Positions 1 to 7,789 of a stretch of 32,000 bases of DNA are shown here, piece by piece (position 1 is the stretch's first letter; each line of letters starts with the position of its first letter). Under the pieces are notes generated by a model. The model ran no database searches and had not been told where the DNA came from. It saw only the letters and a list, made by a program, of their open reading frames with translations. A program made the translations under genes and the position numbers. Origin of the DNA: an uncultured Clostridia bacterium. Its GTDB lineage: Bacteria; Bacillota; Clostridia; TANB77; CAG-508. The stretch lies in assembly GCA_934182605.1 (NCBI GenBank), contig CAKPRQ010000001.1, forward strand, positions 119,783 to 151,782, given 5' to 3'.

Positions 1-495
1 TCTAATACTGTAAATAATCAAGATAAAGAATTTATAGATAATAATTCCAGCAAAATTTTTTCTTGGCCTACTCCTGGATATACAACTATAACTTGTAATT
101 TTGGATATAGAAAAGCCCCTACTCAAGGTGCTTCTACATATCATGGTGCTATAGATATTGGTGCACCTACAGATAGTAAAATTGTTGCTACATTTTCTGG
201 TAAGATAATTTATACTGGTTTTTATGGTGCTAATGGCTTTACGATTATGTTACAAAATGGTAATGTTGTTGCTGTATATTCTCATTTATCTCCAGATTTT
301 ATTGTGAAAAAAGATGAATATGTATTAAAAAATCAAGTTATTGGAAAAGTTGGACCTAAAAATGTATATGGAATTCCTAATAATAAATATAAAGATTCTA
401 ATGGAAATCCTACAAATGGTGCTACAACTGGTCCTCATCTACATTTTGCTATTAAAATAGATAATGTGGCTGTAAATCCTCTTGAATATGTCTAG
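1..495 (+). CDS. M23 (LytM-type) metallopeptidase, C-terminal part; 5' end lies outside the window
   Basis: Frame 1 is open from base 1 to TAG at 493-495. Translation carries HGAIDIG (HxxxD) and GPHLHF (HxH), the zinc-ligand motifs of peptidase family M23. Confidence 0.85.
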   Translation, partial: SNTVNNQDKEFIDNNSSKIFSWPTPGYTTITCNFGYRKAPTQGASTYHGAIDIGAPTDSKIVATFSGKIIYTGFYGANGFTIMLQNGNVVAVYSHLSPDFIVKKDEYVLKNQVIGKVGPKNVYGIPNNKYKDSNGNPTNGATTGPHLHFAIKIDNVAVNPLEYV

Positions 496-512
496 AGACT
501 TTGTACTGTTAA

Positions 513-558
513 AAAAACACATCTAACCTTTTAAAGTATAAGATGTGTTTTTAATTTT
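513..558. terminator. Bidirectional rho-independent terminator between the M23 peptidase (+) and the Rpn gene (-)
   Basis: 10-bp stem aaacacatct (515-524) / agatgtgttt (541-550). An A-run lies upstream and a T-rich tract downstream, so it can act on either strand. Confidence 0.6.
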
Positions 559-596
559 AATTTTACTTTTTATTCTTTTTCTTTAAATATATGTTT

Positions 597-920
597 TTAT
601 GAACATTTTTCTATTTCCTCTTTTGTTAATCCTGTTGCATTTATTATAATTTGCATATTGACTTTTTGTTTTAATAAATTTTTTGCAATTTCTTTTTTGC
701 TTTCTGTCCTACCTTCTGCCCTACCTTCTTCTCTACCTTCTCTTCTGCCTTTTCTTCTACCTTCTGCCATCCCTTTTTCTTTTGCATATCTTTCACTTGC
801 CTTTCTATCCATTTCTGCCATTTGCCTCCTGAAACTTATTTCTACAACTTCTGGTATACTTGAAAGCTCTTCATATTGTCTTATTGCTTCTTCTAAGTTA
901 AAATTCTTTTTAGCTGCCAT
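597..920 (-). CDS. Candidate intragenic in-frame product (C-terminal 107 aa of the Rpn protein, starts MAAKKNFNLEE)
   Basis: In-frame ATG at 920-918 preceded by GGGAGGTGA (926-934, - strand) with a 5-nt spacer. This 8-nt match to the Firmicute SD consensus is built from the codons AGG GAG GTG. Confidence 0.3.
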   Translation of the reverse strand: MAAKKNFNLEEAIRQYEELSSIPEVVEISFRRQMAEMDRKASERYAKEKGMAEGRRKGRREGREEGRAEGRTESKKEIAKNLLKQKVNMQIIINATGLTKEEIEKCS

Positions 921-1523
921 GTCTCTCACCTCCCTATTTTTATCACTTAAAAATATACACCATTCATCTAATTTACTTTTTATTATATCTTCATATTTGC
1001 TACTGGGATTTAATATCTTTCTTTCTTCTTCAAATCTTGGTAATTGTATAAAGTATACAGTTGCTCCTTTTACAAAATAATCATTATCATTACTTATATG
1101 ACATTTTGTTATGTACTCTTTTACTTTTGGTATTTTATAATTTAATATATTTATAACTATTACTTCTTTTATTTTTGCGTATTCTTCTCCTGATTTCACT
1201 TGGCTTATTATTAATTTGCTTAAATAATATAATACTCTTTTATCATAATAAGAATATTTACCGTTCTGCATTTCTATATCTATTATTTTATCATTTTTTA
1301 ATTCTGCTTTTATATCTATTATTGCTTTTTTTCCATATACATTTTCCGCATCTAATTCCTCATTCTTATAAATATTTTTTACTTTAACTCTTTCACCTAG
1401 TATACTTTCTAATAAATCTTCTAATATATTTTCATTGCCTTTTTTCCCAAATATATTTTTAAATATTAAATCTGTTCTTGGTGTAATTCTTACTTCTTTA
1501 TTGTAATTATCAGTATTACCCAT
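597..1523 (-). CDS. Rpn/YhgA-like recombination-promoting nuclease (PD-(D/E)XK nuclease family, putative transposase)
   Basis: 308 aa. N-terminal TDLIFKNIFG motif and D..IDIEMQ nuclease core. C-terminal EGR/KG-rich repeat followed by a helix (IAKNLL...GLTKEEI), typical of this family. GGAGG SD 4 nt upstream of the ATG. Confidence 0.85.
   Translation of the reverse strand: MGNTDNYNKEVRITPRTDLIFKNIFGKKGNENILEDLLESILGERVKVKNIYKNEELDAENVYGKKAIIDIKAELKNDKIIDIEMQNGKYSYYDKRVLYYLSKLIISQVKSGEEYAKIKEVIVINILNYKIPKVKEYITKCHISNDNDYFVKGATVYFIQLPRFEEERKILNPSSKYEDIIKSKLDEWCIFLSDKNREVRDMAAKKNFNLEEAIRQYEELSSIPEVVEISFRRQMAEMDRKASERYAKEKGMAEGRRKGRREGREEGRAEGRTESKKEIAKNLLKQKVNMQIIINATGLTKEEIEKCS
706..770 (-). 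repeat. Imperfect tandem repeat (ctaccttct units) encoding the GRRKGRREGREEGRAEGR tract of the Rpn protein
   Basis: ctaccttct recurs at about 709, 721, 733 and 757 on the + strand. It also explains the spurious LPS-rich + strand ORF 658-1080. Confidence 0.7.
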
Positions 1524-1548
1524 TTTCCTCCTTTTAACTACTATCTTT

Positions 1549-1577
1549 ATTCTAACACAATTTTACTTAGTAGTCAA
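1549..1577 (-). promoter_or_regulatory. Sigma-A type promoter for the Rpn gene
   Basis: On the - strand: TTGACT (1577-1572), 17 nt, TAGAAT (1554-1549), with TG one base upstream of the -10 (extended -10). Confidence 0.45.
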
Positions 1578-1821
1578 TATATTTTACCGCAAAATCAAAA
1601 ATACTTACTAATATTGTTATTTAGTTTTTACATTGATTTTTCATAAGCGATTGCTTTAAGATTATTACTATGCTATAACAAAGTAGTAATTCTGTTTTTT
1701 TAATTTTTTATTATAATTTAGTACTAAGATTATAAATAAAACTCTATAAAAATGATACCACAATTTAAATATTATGTCAAGAAAAATCGTACGGCAAACT
1801 CTTCTATTTTTCGACACTTAT

Positions 1822-1861
1822 AGAAGAAAAAATAATAGTAAGAATTTCTCTTACTATTATT
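1822..1861 (-). terminator. Rho-independent terminator ending the ABC exporter operon
   Basis: Perfect 13-bp stem aataatagtaaga (1831-1843) / tcttactattatt (1849-1861) with a 5-nt loop. On the - strand it is followed by tttttt. Confidence 0.65.
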
Positions 1862-1923
1862 ACTTATACTTAATTTTTACATCGCATTATATTTTTGTTA
1901 TGAATAATAAAGTACATAAACAT

Positions 1924-2178
1924 TTAATTCAACTTATTAGTTCTCTCATAACAATCACGTATTATTTCATCTTTTTCATTTTCAGTCAAATCTCTTTTAA
2001 GTTCTTTTATTCTATTATAAATAATATCGCTAGAATTATCAAGAGCTATTTTTAATTTTTTAGAAACAAATCTTTGTCCATTTATCATTGCTTTTTCTTT
2101 TGAACTCTCATAAAAATATATAGCTCCTGCTAATCCTAAAATTAATCCTAATATGAAGTATATAACTTCTAACTCCAT
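1924..2178 (-). CDS. Small membrane-anchored protein (one N-terminal TM, charged helical tail), last gene of the ABC operon
   Basis: 84 aa. GGAGGGAG SD just upstream of the ATG, 21 nt after the stop of the upstream ABC gene. TM segment VIYFILGLILGLAGAIYF. Confidence 0.55.
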   Translation of the reverse strand: MELEVIYFILGLILGLAGAIYFYESSKEKAMINGQRFVSKKLKIALDNSSDIIYNRIKELKRDLTENEKDEIIRDCYERTNKLN

Positions 2179-2199
2179 AAACTCCCTCCATTTATTACA

Positions 2200-4071
2200 C
2201 TAAATTTCTTCTGCTTCTTCAAATTGACTATTATATAACTTAGCATAACTTCCATTTTTTTCTAATAATTCCTTATGTGTTCCTTGTTCTACTATGTCTC
2301 CATGTTCCATAACAAGTATTAAATCTGCCTCTCTTATTGTAGATAATCTATGTGCTATTATAAAACTTGTTCTACCTTCCATAAGAGTTTCCATTGCTTT
2401 TTGTATTTGAATTTCTGTTCTTGTATCCACTGATGATGTTGCTTCATCCAATATTAATATTTTTGGATCCGCAAGTATTGCTCTTGCTATTGTTAATAAT
2501 TGTTTTTCTCCTTGAGAAACGTTTGTAGATTCTTCATTTAACATCATCTTATATCCATTTGGTAATGTATTTATAAAATGGTCAGCTTGTGCTGCTTTTG
2601 CAGCTTTTACAACTTCTTCATCTGTTGCATTTAACTTACCATACCTAATATTTTCCATTATCGTTCCGTTAAAAGTCCACGTATCTTGTAATACCATTGC
2701 AAATAATGAACGTAAATCATCTCTTCTAAAATTTCGTATATCTTTACCATCTATTTTTATACTTCCTGAATTTATATCGTAATATCTCATTAATAATTTT
2801 ACTATTGTAGTTTTGCCAGCACCTGTAGGACCTACTATAGCAATTTTTTGTCCAGCTTTTATACTAGTGTTAAAATCATTTATTACAATAGTGTCTGGAT
2901 TATATCCAAAATGTACATGTTCACATTCGATATTTCCTCTTATATTTTCAATACTTTCTGGATTTTCTACATCTTTTACTTCTTCTTTTTCATTTAACAA
3001 GTCAAAAATTCTTTCCGCTGCTGCTATAGTTACTTGAAAAACGTTTGTTATATTAGCTAATTGGTCTATTGGTTGGTTAAATGACCTCATATATTGTACA
3101 AAGCTTTGTATATTACCTACTGTTATAATTCCTCTTGTAGCATACATAGCTCCCACTATGCATATTGCAACATATCCCATATTACCAATAAACATTGTAA
3201 ATGGTCTCATTAAACCTGATAAAAATTGTGACTTCCAAGCAGCTCTATATAACTTATTATTAAACACATCAAAATCTTCTACTGATTTTTTCTCACCATT
3301 AAAAGCTTTTATTATAGTATGGTTACTATACATTTCTTCTATATGCCCATTTACATGTCCTAAATTAGATTGTTGTTTAGCAAAATATTTTTGTGATTTT
3401 TTCATTAATAAAACCATAGAACCCATTGAAAGTACTAGAACTGCAATTGCTATAAATGTCATTGAAACTGATATAGAAAGCATCATTACTAAAATACCTA
3501 TAAGCATTGTAACAGAAGAAATAACTTGTGTTATAAGTTGATATAAGTTTTCAGATAATTTATCTATATCGTTTGTAATATATGATAAAACCTCACCTTT
3601 ATTTTTCTTATCAAAATACGATAATGGTAATCTATTTATTTTTTCAGAAATTTCTTTTCTCAAATTATATGTTATAAGCATACTTACTTTAGACATTATA
3701 TATCCTTGCCCGTATGAAAATAATGCACTTATACCATATAATATTAACAATGTTATAATAATATTTCTAATAGCTTCAAAATCCATTCCTAATCCATTTG
3801 CAGAAATAATATTCATAACGCCTTCATATATTACAGTTGTAGCATCACCTAAAATTTTAGGTCCTAATATACTAAATACTGTAGATATTATTGAAAAGAT
3901 AATTACAATAGCTATCATTATTTTATATTTTGATATATATTTTAATAATCTTTTTATAGTACCTTTAAAGTCTTTTGCTTTTTCAACTTTTCCTTTTATT
4001 CTATGTCCCGGTCCACCACCAATTTCAGGGAAATCATTATTATTATTTTTTTCTGCCTCGTTATTACTCAT
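2200..4071 (-). CDS. ABC exporter permease/ATPase fusion, consensus-site subunit of a heterodimer
   Basis: 623 aa. Six-TM domain plus NBD with Walker A GPTGAGKTT, Walker B ILILDEATS, H-loop IAHRLST, and a degenerate signature VSQGEKQ. The ATG overlaps the upstream gene by 8 nt and has a GGAGGGG SD. Confidence 0.9.
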   Translation of the reverse strand: MSNNEAEKNNNNDFPEIGGGPGHRIKGKVEKAKDFKGTIKRLLKYISKYKIMIAIVIIFSIISTVFSILGPKILGDATTVIYEGVMNIISANGLGMDFEAIRNIIITLLILYGISALFSYGQGYIMSKVSMLITYNLRKEISEKINRLPLSYFDKKNKGEVLSYITNDIDKLSENLYQLITQVISSVTMLIGILVMMLSISVSMTFIAIAVLVLSMGSMVLLMKKSQKYFAKQQSNLGHVNGHIEEMYSNHTIIKAFNGEKKSVEDFDVFNNKLYRAAWKSQFLSGLMRPFTMFIGNMGYVAICIVGAMYATRGIITVGNIQSFVQYMRSFNQPIDQLANITNVFQVTIAAAERIFDLLNEKEEVKDVENPESIENIRGNIECEHVHFGYNPDTIVINDFNTSIKAGQKIAIVGPTGAGKTTIVKLLMRYYDINSGSIKIDGKDIRNFRRDDLRSLFAMVLQDTWTFNGTIMENIRYGKLNATDEEVVKAAKAAQADHFINTLPNGYKMMLNEESTNVSQGEKQLLTIARAILADPKILILDEATSSVDTRTEIQIQKAMETLMEGRTSFIIAHRLSTIREADLILVMEHGDIVEQGTHKELLEKNGSYAKLYNSQFEEAEEI

Positions 4072-6310
4072 AATCTTCCCCTCCTAACTGTGAATCTGCT
4101 ATTTCTTTATACGTTTTACAATTTTTCATAAGCTCTTCATGAGTACCTTTTCCTACTATTCTACCTTCCTCTAAAACTATAATTTGTTCAGCATCTATAA
4201 TTGTATTTATTCTTTGTGCTACTATTATTTTAGTTACATTTTTAAAATTATCTTTTAAAGCAGTCCTTAAATTCAAATCTGTTTTAAAATCTAAGGCAGA
4301 GAAACAATCATCAAAAAGATATATTGGGGCATCTTTTACTAAAGCTCTTGCTATAGATAATCTTTGTTTTTGTCCACCTGAAATATTAGTACCTGCTTGT
4401 GATATTATTTCTTCATATTTATTTTCCTTTTCATCTATAAATTCTTTAGCTTGTGCAATTTTAGCACATTTTTCTACAGTTTCCATAGATGCATCTTTCT
4501 TACCATATCTTAAATTAGACTCTATTGTTCCAGAGAGTAAACTTGGCTTTTGAGGTATATATGCGATTGTCTCATGTAAATCATGTAAATTTACATCTTT
4601 AATATTTACCCCATTTACTAAAAGTTCTCCACCAGTAACGTCATAAAATCTTGGTATTAATTTTAAAATAGTAGTTTTACCAGAACCCGTAGAGCCAATA
4701 ATCGCAATTGTTTCACCTGGTTTAGCCACAAAACTAATATCTTTTAACACATCCTCATCTGCATCGTCATATCTAAAAGATACATTTTTAAATTCAACAT
4801 AACCTATTTTATCTTTATTGAATTCTTTTGGCTCTTCAGGATCTTTAATATCAATCTTCATATTTAAAACTTCTGATATTCTATTGATTGAAACTAATGC
4901 TCTTGGGAACATTATAAACAACATAGAAATCATTAAGAATGACATCATAACTTGCATTGTATATTGTATAGCAGCCATCATATTACCAACTTGTAAATTT
5001 GAATCTGCAATTTTGTCTGCACCTACCCATACTATTAAAAGTGTTAATAAATTCATTATAATAGTCATAGCAGGCATCATAAATGCCATAACTTTATCTA
5101 TAAAGAACATTGTATTTGCCAATTCAAAGTTTGCTTTATCGAAACGTTTTTCTTCATATTTTTGCGTTCCGAAAGCCCTTATAACCATAATTCCATTTAA
5201 AGTTTCTCTTGAGATAAGATTCAATTTATCTATTAAGCCTTGGAATATTTTAAATTTAGGCATACTTATAAATAACATAATAAGGATTAAAAGTAAAATC
5301 AAACCAAAACCCAATGCTAACACCCATAACATAGAACTTGCTGTTCTAGTAATCATGATTATAGCACCTATCATCATTATTATGGCAAAGAATACTATTC
5401 TTAAAACCATAAATATTAAATTTTGAACTTGCATAACATCATTTGTAGTTCTTGTTATTAATGATGAAGCTCCTATTTTAGAAAATTCTTTTTCTGAAAA
5501 TTTTTGGACCTTTTCAAAAATATCTTGTCTTAAATTTCTGGCAACAGCTGCAGATAATTTAGCAGCTATATAGCCTACTGTAATAGAAGCTACAATTATA
5601 ATTAGAGTAGTGGCAATCATTATTGCACCTATTTTAAACATATATTCAGTTTGAATATCTTCTATCTCTAAGCCTACTTCCGAATAAAATGCTTTAGTAA
5701 AAGTTAATGCCACTTGTGAAAGCATAGTTTCTTCCATATTCTTAGCATTTTCTATAGAAGTTTCTAACAATTCAGGTGTCATAGAGTTTAAAACTAACGG
5801 CATTATTTTATTTAATTCACTAAAATTAAATTCTCCATCACTATTGCTATTTTCACCTTCCGTATTAGCTATTGGTAATTCCAAATGAGTAATAACATCT
5901 ACTACAACCTTATCTGTAACCATAAAAATACTATCTAATTGTGACATTACTTCTTTATTGTCCATTACATCCTCATCTAAAACATATATGTTACTGTTCT
6001 CTAATAATGGATATTTTTCTTCATACTTTTGCGTAATTTCATCATTTGAACCTGATTTAAGTAATATATAATTATCTTCTACCACTTCTCTATCTTCATC
6101 ACTCATAAAATTTTTTAATATCTCTAAAGAATTTTCGCTTATAGCCTTAGGAGTAGCGTCTTCCACACCATTAGATTGAATTCCTATATTAACTATATCG
6201 GCCATATAATCTGGTAATCGTAAGTTACCCATAGCTTGTATGTATATTAATATTATTGTTATTATTAGAACTATAATGTATGGCTTTAAGTATTTTAAAA
6301 TATTTTTCAT
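4064..6310 (-). CDS. ABC exporter permease/ATPase fusion, degenerate-site subunit, with a large insertion between TM1 and TM2
   Basis: Walker A GSTGSGKTT, canonical signature ISGGQKQR, Walker B IYLFDD (Asp where the catalytic Glu is expected), and VAQRIN in place of the H-loop. The ORF track starts at TTG 6328. I prefer ATG 6310 (MKNILKYLK), which is preceded by GGAAAGGAAAA. Confidence 0.88.
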   Translation of the reverse strand: MKNILKYLKPYIIVLIITIILIYIQAMGNLRLPDYMADIVNIGIQSNGVEDATPKAISENSLEILKNFMSDEDREVVEDNYILLKSGSNDEITQKYEEKYPLLENSNIYVLDEDVMDNKEVMSQLDSIFMVTDKVVVDVITHLELPIANTEGENSNSDGEFNFSELNKIMPLVLNSMTPELLETSIENAKNMEETMLSQVALTFTKAFYSEVGLEIEDIQTEYMFKIGAIMIATTLIIIVASITVGYIAAKLSAAVARNLRQDIFEKVQKFSEKEFSKIGASSLITRTTNDVMQVQNLIFMVLRIVFFAIIMMIGAIIMITRTASSMLWVLALGFGLILLLILIMLFISMPKFKIFQGLIDKLNLISRETLNGIMVIRAFGTQKYEEKRFDKANFELANTMFFIDKVMAFMMPAMTIIMNLLTLLIVWVGADKIADSNLQVGNMMAAIQYTMQVMMSFLMISMLFIMFPRALVSINRISEVLNMKIDIKDPEEPKEFNKDKIGYVEFKNVSFRYDDADEDVLKDISFVAKPGETIAIIGSTGSGKTTILKLIPRFYDVTGGELLVNGVNIKDVNLHDLHETIAYIPQKPSLLSGTIESNLRYGKKDASMETVEKCAKIAQAKEFIDEKENKYEEIISQAGTNISGGQKQRLSIARALVKDAPIYLFDDCFSALDFKTDLNLRTALKDNFKNVTKIIVAQRINTIIDAEQIIVLEEGRIVGKGTHEELMKNCKTYKEIADSQLGGEDYE

Positions 6311-6353
6311 TAAGATTTTCCTTTCCAAATCATTTACTAAATTTTACGGAATC

Positions 6354-6382
6354 ATTATAACATATTTTTTCCCCTGTAGCAA
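6354..6382 (-). promoter_or_regulatory. Sigma-A type promoter of the ABC exporter operon
   Basis: On the - strand: TTGCTA (6382-6377), 17 nt, TATAAT (6359-6354), with TGt immediately upstream (extended -10). Confidence 0.5.
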
Positions 6383-6415
6383 TAATGATATGAACGAATT
6401 TACAAATAATTTACA

Positions 6416-6447
6416 AAAAGGCGGCAGTAATTATACCGCCGCCTTTT
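6416..6447 (-). terminator. GC-rich rho-independent terminator closing the higher-GC cassette (can act on either strand)
   Basis: aaaaggcggc (6416-6425) pairs perfectly with gccgcctttt (6438-6447). On the - strand it is followed by ttttt. Confidence 0.65.
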
Positions 6448-6463
6448 ATGAATTTCAAAGTTG

Positions 6464-6559
6464 CTAGTGGGGGGTTATCCCCAGGTACAGCCAAGCCGTA
6501 AAAATGGCCATCAGACACAAAAGCCCCATCTTGAAGGCTTCAAAGAAAATCCGTAGCAT
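6464..6559 (-). CDS. Candidate 31-aa hydrophobic peptide (MLRIFFEAFKMGLLCLMAIFTAWLYLGITPH)
   Basis: Not in the ORF track because it is too short. ATG at 6559-6557 is preceded by GGAGAG and lies 15 nt after the stop of the 73-aa ORF. One predicted TM. GC-rich codons, including an in-frame CGG. Confidence 0.3.
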   Translation of the reverse strand: MLRIFFEAFKMGLLCLMAIFTAWLYLGITPH

Positions 6560-6574
6560 ATTTCTCTCCTGTTT

Positions 6575-6796
6575 CTATAATGACACACAAAGTGCCACAA
6601 TACCAGGGACTATAAAACACGCTGCCAACGTGTACCCAATGGTTTTCACTACCAAAGCACTCTTGCACTCCCTGTGGGGAATAACCAGAGTGGCGATTAT
6701 CAAAATTAGGCCAATAACAATCCAAGAAAACCCGAACACAGGACTATGCAAAATTTTAAGGAACAACATAACCACTTTCTGAAATTCAGCAATCAT
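6575..6796 (-). CDS. Small 2-TM membrane protein of unknown function, in a higher-GC cassette
   Basis: 73 aa. GGGGG SD 7 nt upstream of the ATG. Two hydrophobic helices (FGFSWIVIGLILIIATLVI and IGYTLAACFIVPGIVALCVSL). About 41% G+C by hand count. Confidence 0.55.
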   Translation of the reverse strand: MIAEFQKVVMLFLKILHSPVFGFSWIVIGLILIIATLVIPHRECKSALVVKTIGYTLAACFIVPGIVALCVSL

Positions 6797-6850
6797 TTTT
6801 TTCCCCCAGTTAAAGGTTGATAAAAAAGATTATAAAACTTTCATAATTTA

Positions 6851-6879
6851 ATTTTACCACTGATTTGTATTTATGTCAA
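6851..6879 (-). promoter_or_regulatory. Sigma-A type promoter of the higher-GC cassette, directly after the uppP stop
   Basis: On the - strand: TTGACA (6879-6874), 17 nt, TAAAAT (6856-6851). Confidence 0.45.
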
Positions 6880-6884
6880 ATTTA

Positions 6885-7736
6885 CTAAACTGTCAATATT
6901 CCACATGCTCCACACAATATAACAATTATACCTAAAATAATTCTATAATATCCAAATACCTTGAAATCATGTTTCTTAACAAAATTTACTAAGAACTTAA
7001 TAGATATCATAGATACTACAAATGCTGTTACCATACCCACAGCCAAGATTATAATTTCTGTACCTGAAAAGCCAAATCCCACTTCCATAAAATATTTTAA
7101 AAGTTTTACAAGCGAAGCTCCTAACATTACAGGTATTGCCAAGAAAAATGTAAACTCTGTTGCTGCAATTCTTGATGCTCCTAAAAGCATTGCTCCAAGT
7201 ATAGTTGCTCCAGAACGTGACGTTCCAGGTATTAACGATAATACCTGTGCTATTCCTATTAAAAAAGCTGTCATAAATGTAATATCTGTCACTGTTTGTA
7301 TTGCACTTTCTTTATTCTTTTTCCTATTCCAAACCTCTATTAAAATAAAGAACACACCATATATAATTAATGTAACTGCTACTGTTTGCCAATTATAAAA
7401 AATTTCATTTAATTTATCATCAAATAATATACCAATAACGCCTGCAGGGATACATGCTAAAATTACTTTTGCTATTAATAACCAAGTCTCTCTCTTTTCT
7501 TCCTTATTTTTCTTAGAAGAAAATGGATTTAACTTATTAAAAAATGCTACAGCTACTGCTAATATAGCACCTAATTGTATAACTACAAAAAACATTTCTT
7601 TAAATGCATCTGTTACATTTAATTTAACAAAGGCATCTACTAAAATCATATGACCGGTACTACTTATTGGTAACCATTCAGTTATTCCCTCTACTATTCC
7701 TAAAAAAATTACTTTTATTAATTCTACTATGTCCAT
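6885..7736 (-). CDS. uppP: Undecaprenyl-diphosphate phosphatase
   Basis: 283 aa polytopic membrane protein with the BacA/UppP motifs [14 protein letters not shown] and [10 protein letters not shown]. Confidence 0.9.
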   Translation of the reverse strand: MDIVELIKVIFLGIVEGITEWLPISSTGHMILVDAFVKLNVTDAFKEMFFVVIQLGAILAVAVAFFNKLNPFSSKKNKEEKRETWLLIAKVILACIPAGVIGILFDDKLNEIFYNWQTVAVTLIIYGVFFILIEVWNRKKNKESAIQTVTDITFMTAFLIGIAQVLSLIPGTSRSGATILGAMLLGASRIAATEFTFFLAIPVMLGASLVKLLKYFMEVGFGFSGTEIIILAVGMVTAFVVSMISIKFLVNFVKKHDFKVFGYYRIILGIIVILCGACGILTV

Positions 7737-7789
7737 ACTTAATATAATTCCTTCCTATAACTCATTTATACGCTAAATTTTTTTATTTA

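Noticed and set aside
658-1080. 140-aa + strand ORF rich in LPS/LLP repeats, antisense to the Rpn gene
   Set aside because: It is the shadow of the EGR-repeat coding tract on the - strand. It has no SD and a low-complexity translation. The - strand product has clear family motifs.
1774-2055. 93-aa + strand ORF spanning the ABC operon terminator and the 3' end of the 84-aa gene
   Set aside because: It reads through a perfect 13-bp terminator hairpin. Its translation is Tyr/Phe/Ile-rich low complexity and it has no SD.
4818-5426. Long antisense ORFs inside confident - strand genes (4818-5426, 8343-9113, 26363-26833, 6961-7398, 10873-11223 and others, all +)
   Set aside because: They have no SDs and hydrophobic or low-complexity translations typical of the reverse strand of AT-rich genes. 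Each lies entirely within a gene that has clear family motifs.
6504-6782. 92-aa + strand ORF in the first higher-GC cassette (and the analogous 120-aa + ORF at 14284-14646 in the second)
   Set aside because: Neither has an SD before its ATG, and both translations are non-descript. The - strand ORFs have strong SDs, promoters, terminators and clean 2-TM hydropathy. The long antisense ORFs are expected by-products of the higher local G+C.
6440-6815. Possibility that the higher-GC patches (also 14238-14545) are structural RNA genes such as tmRNA, RNase P RNA, SRP RNA or tRNAs
   Set aside because: I found no tRNA-like acceptor/T-arm with a CCA-proximal end, no tmRNA tag-ORF signature and no RNase P or SRP conserved motifs on either strand. 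Coding signals on the - strand explain the region better. This remains untested without cmscan.
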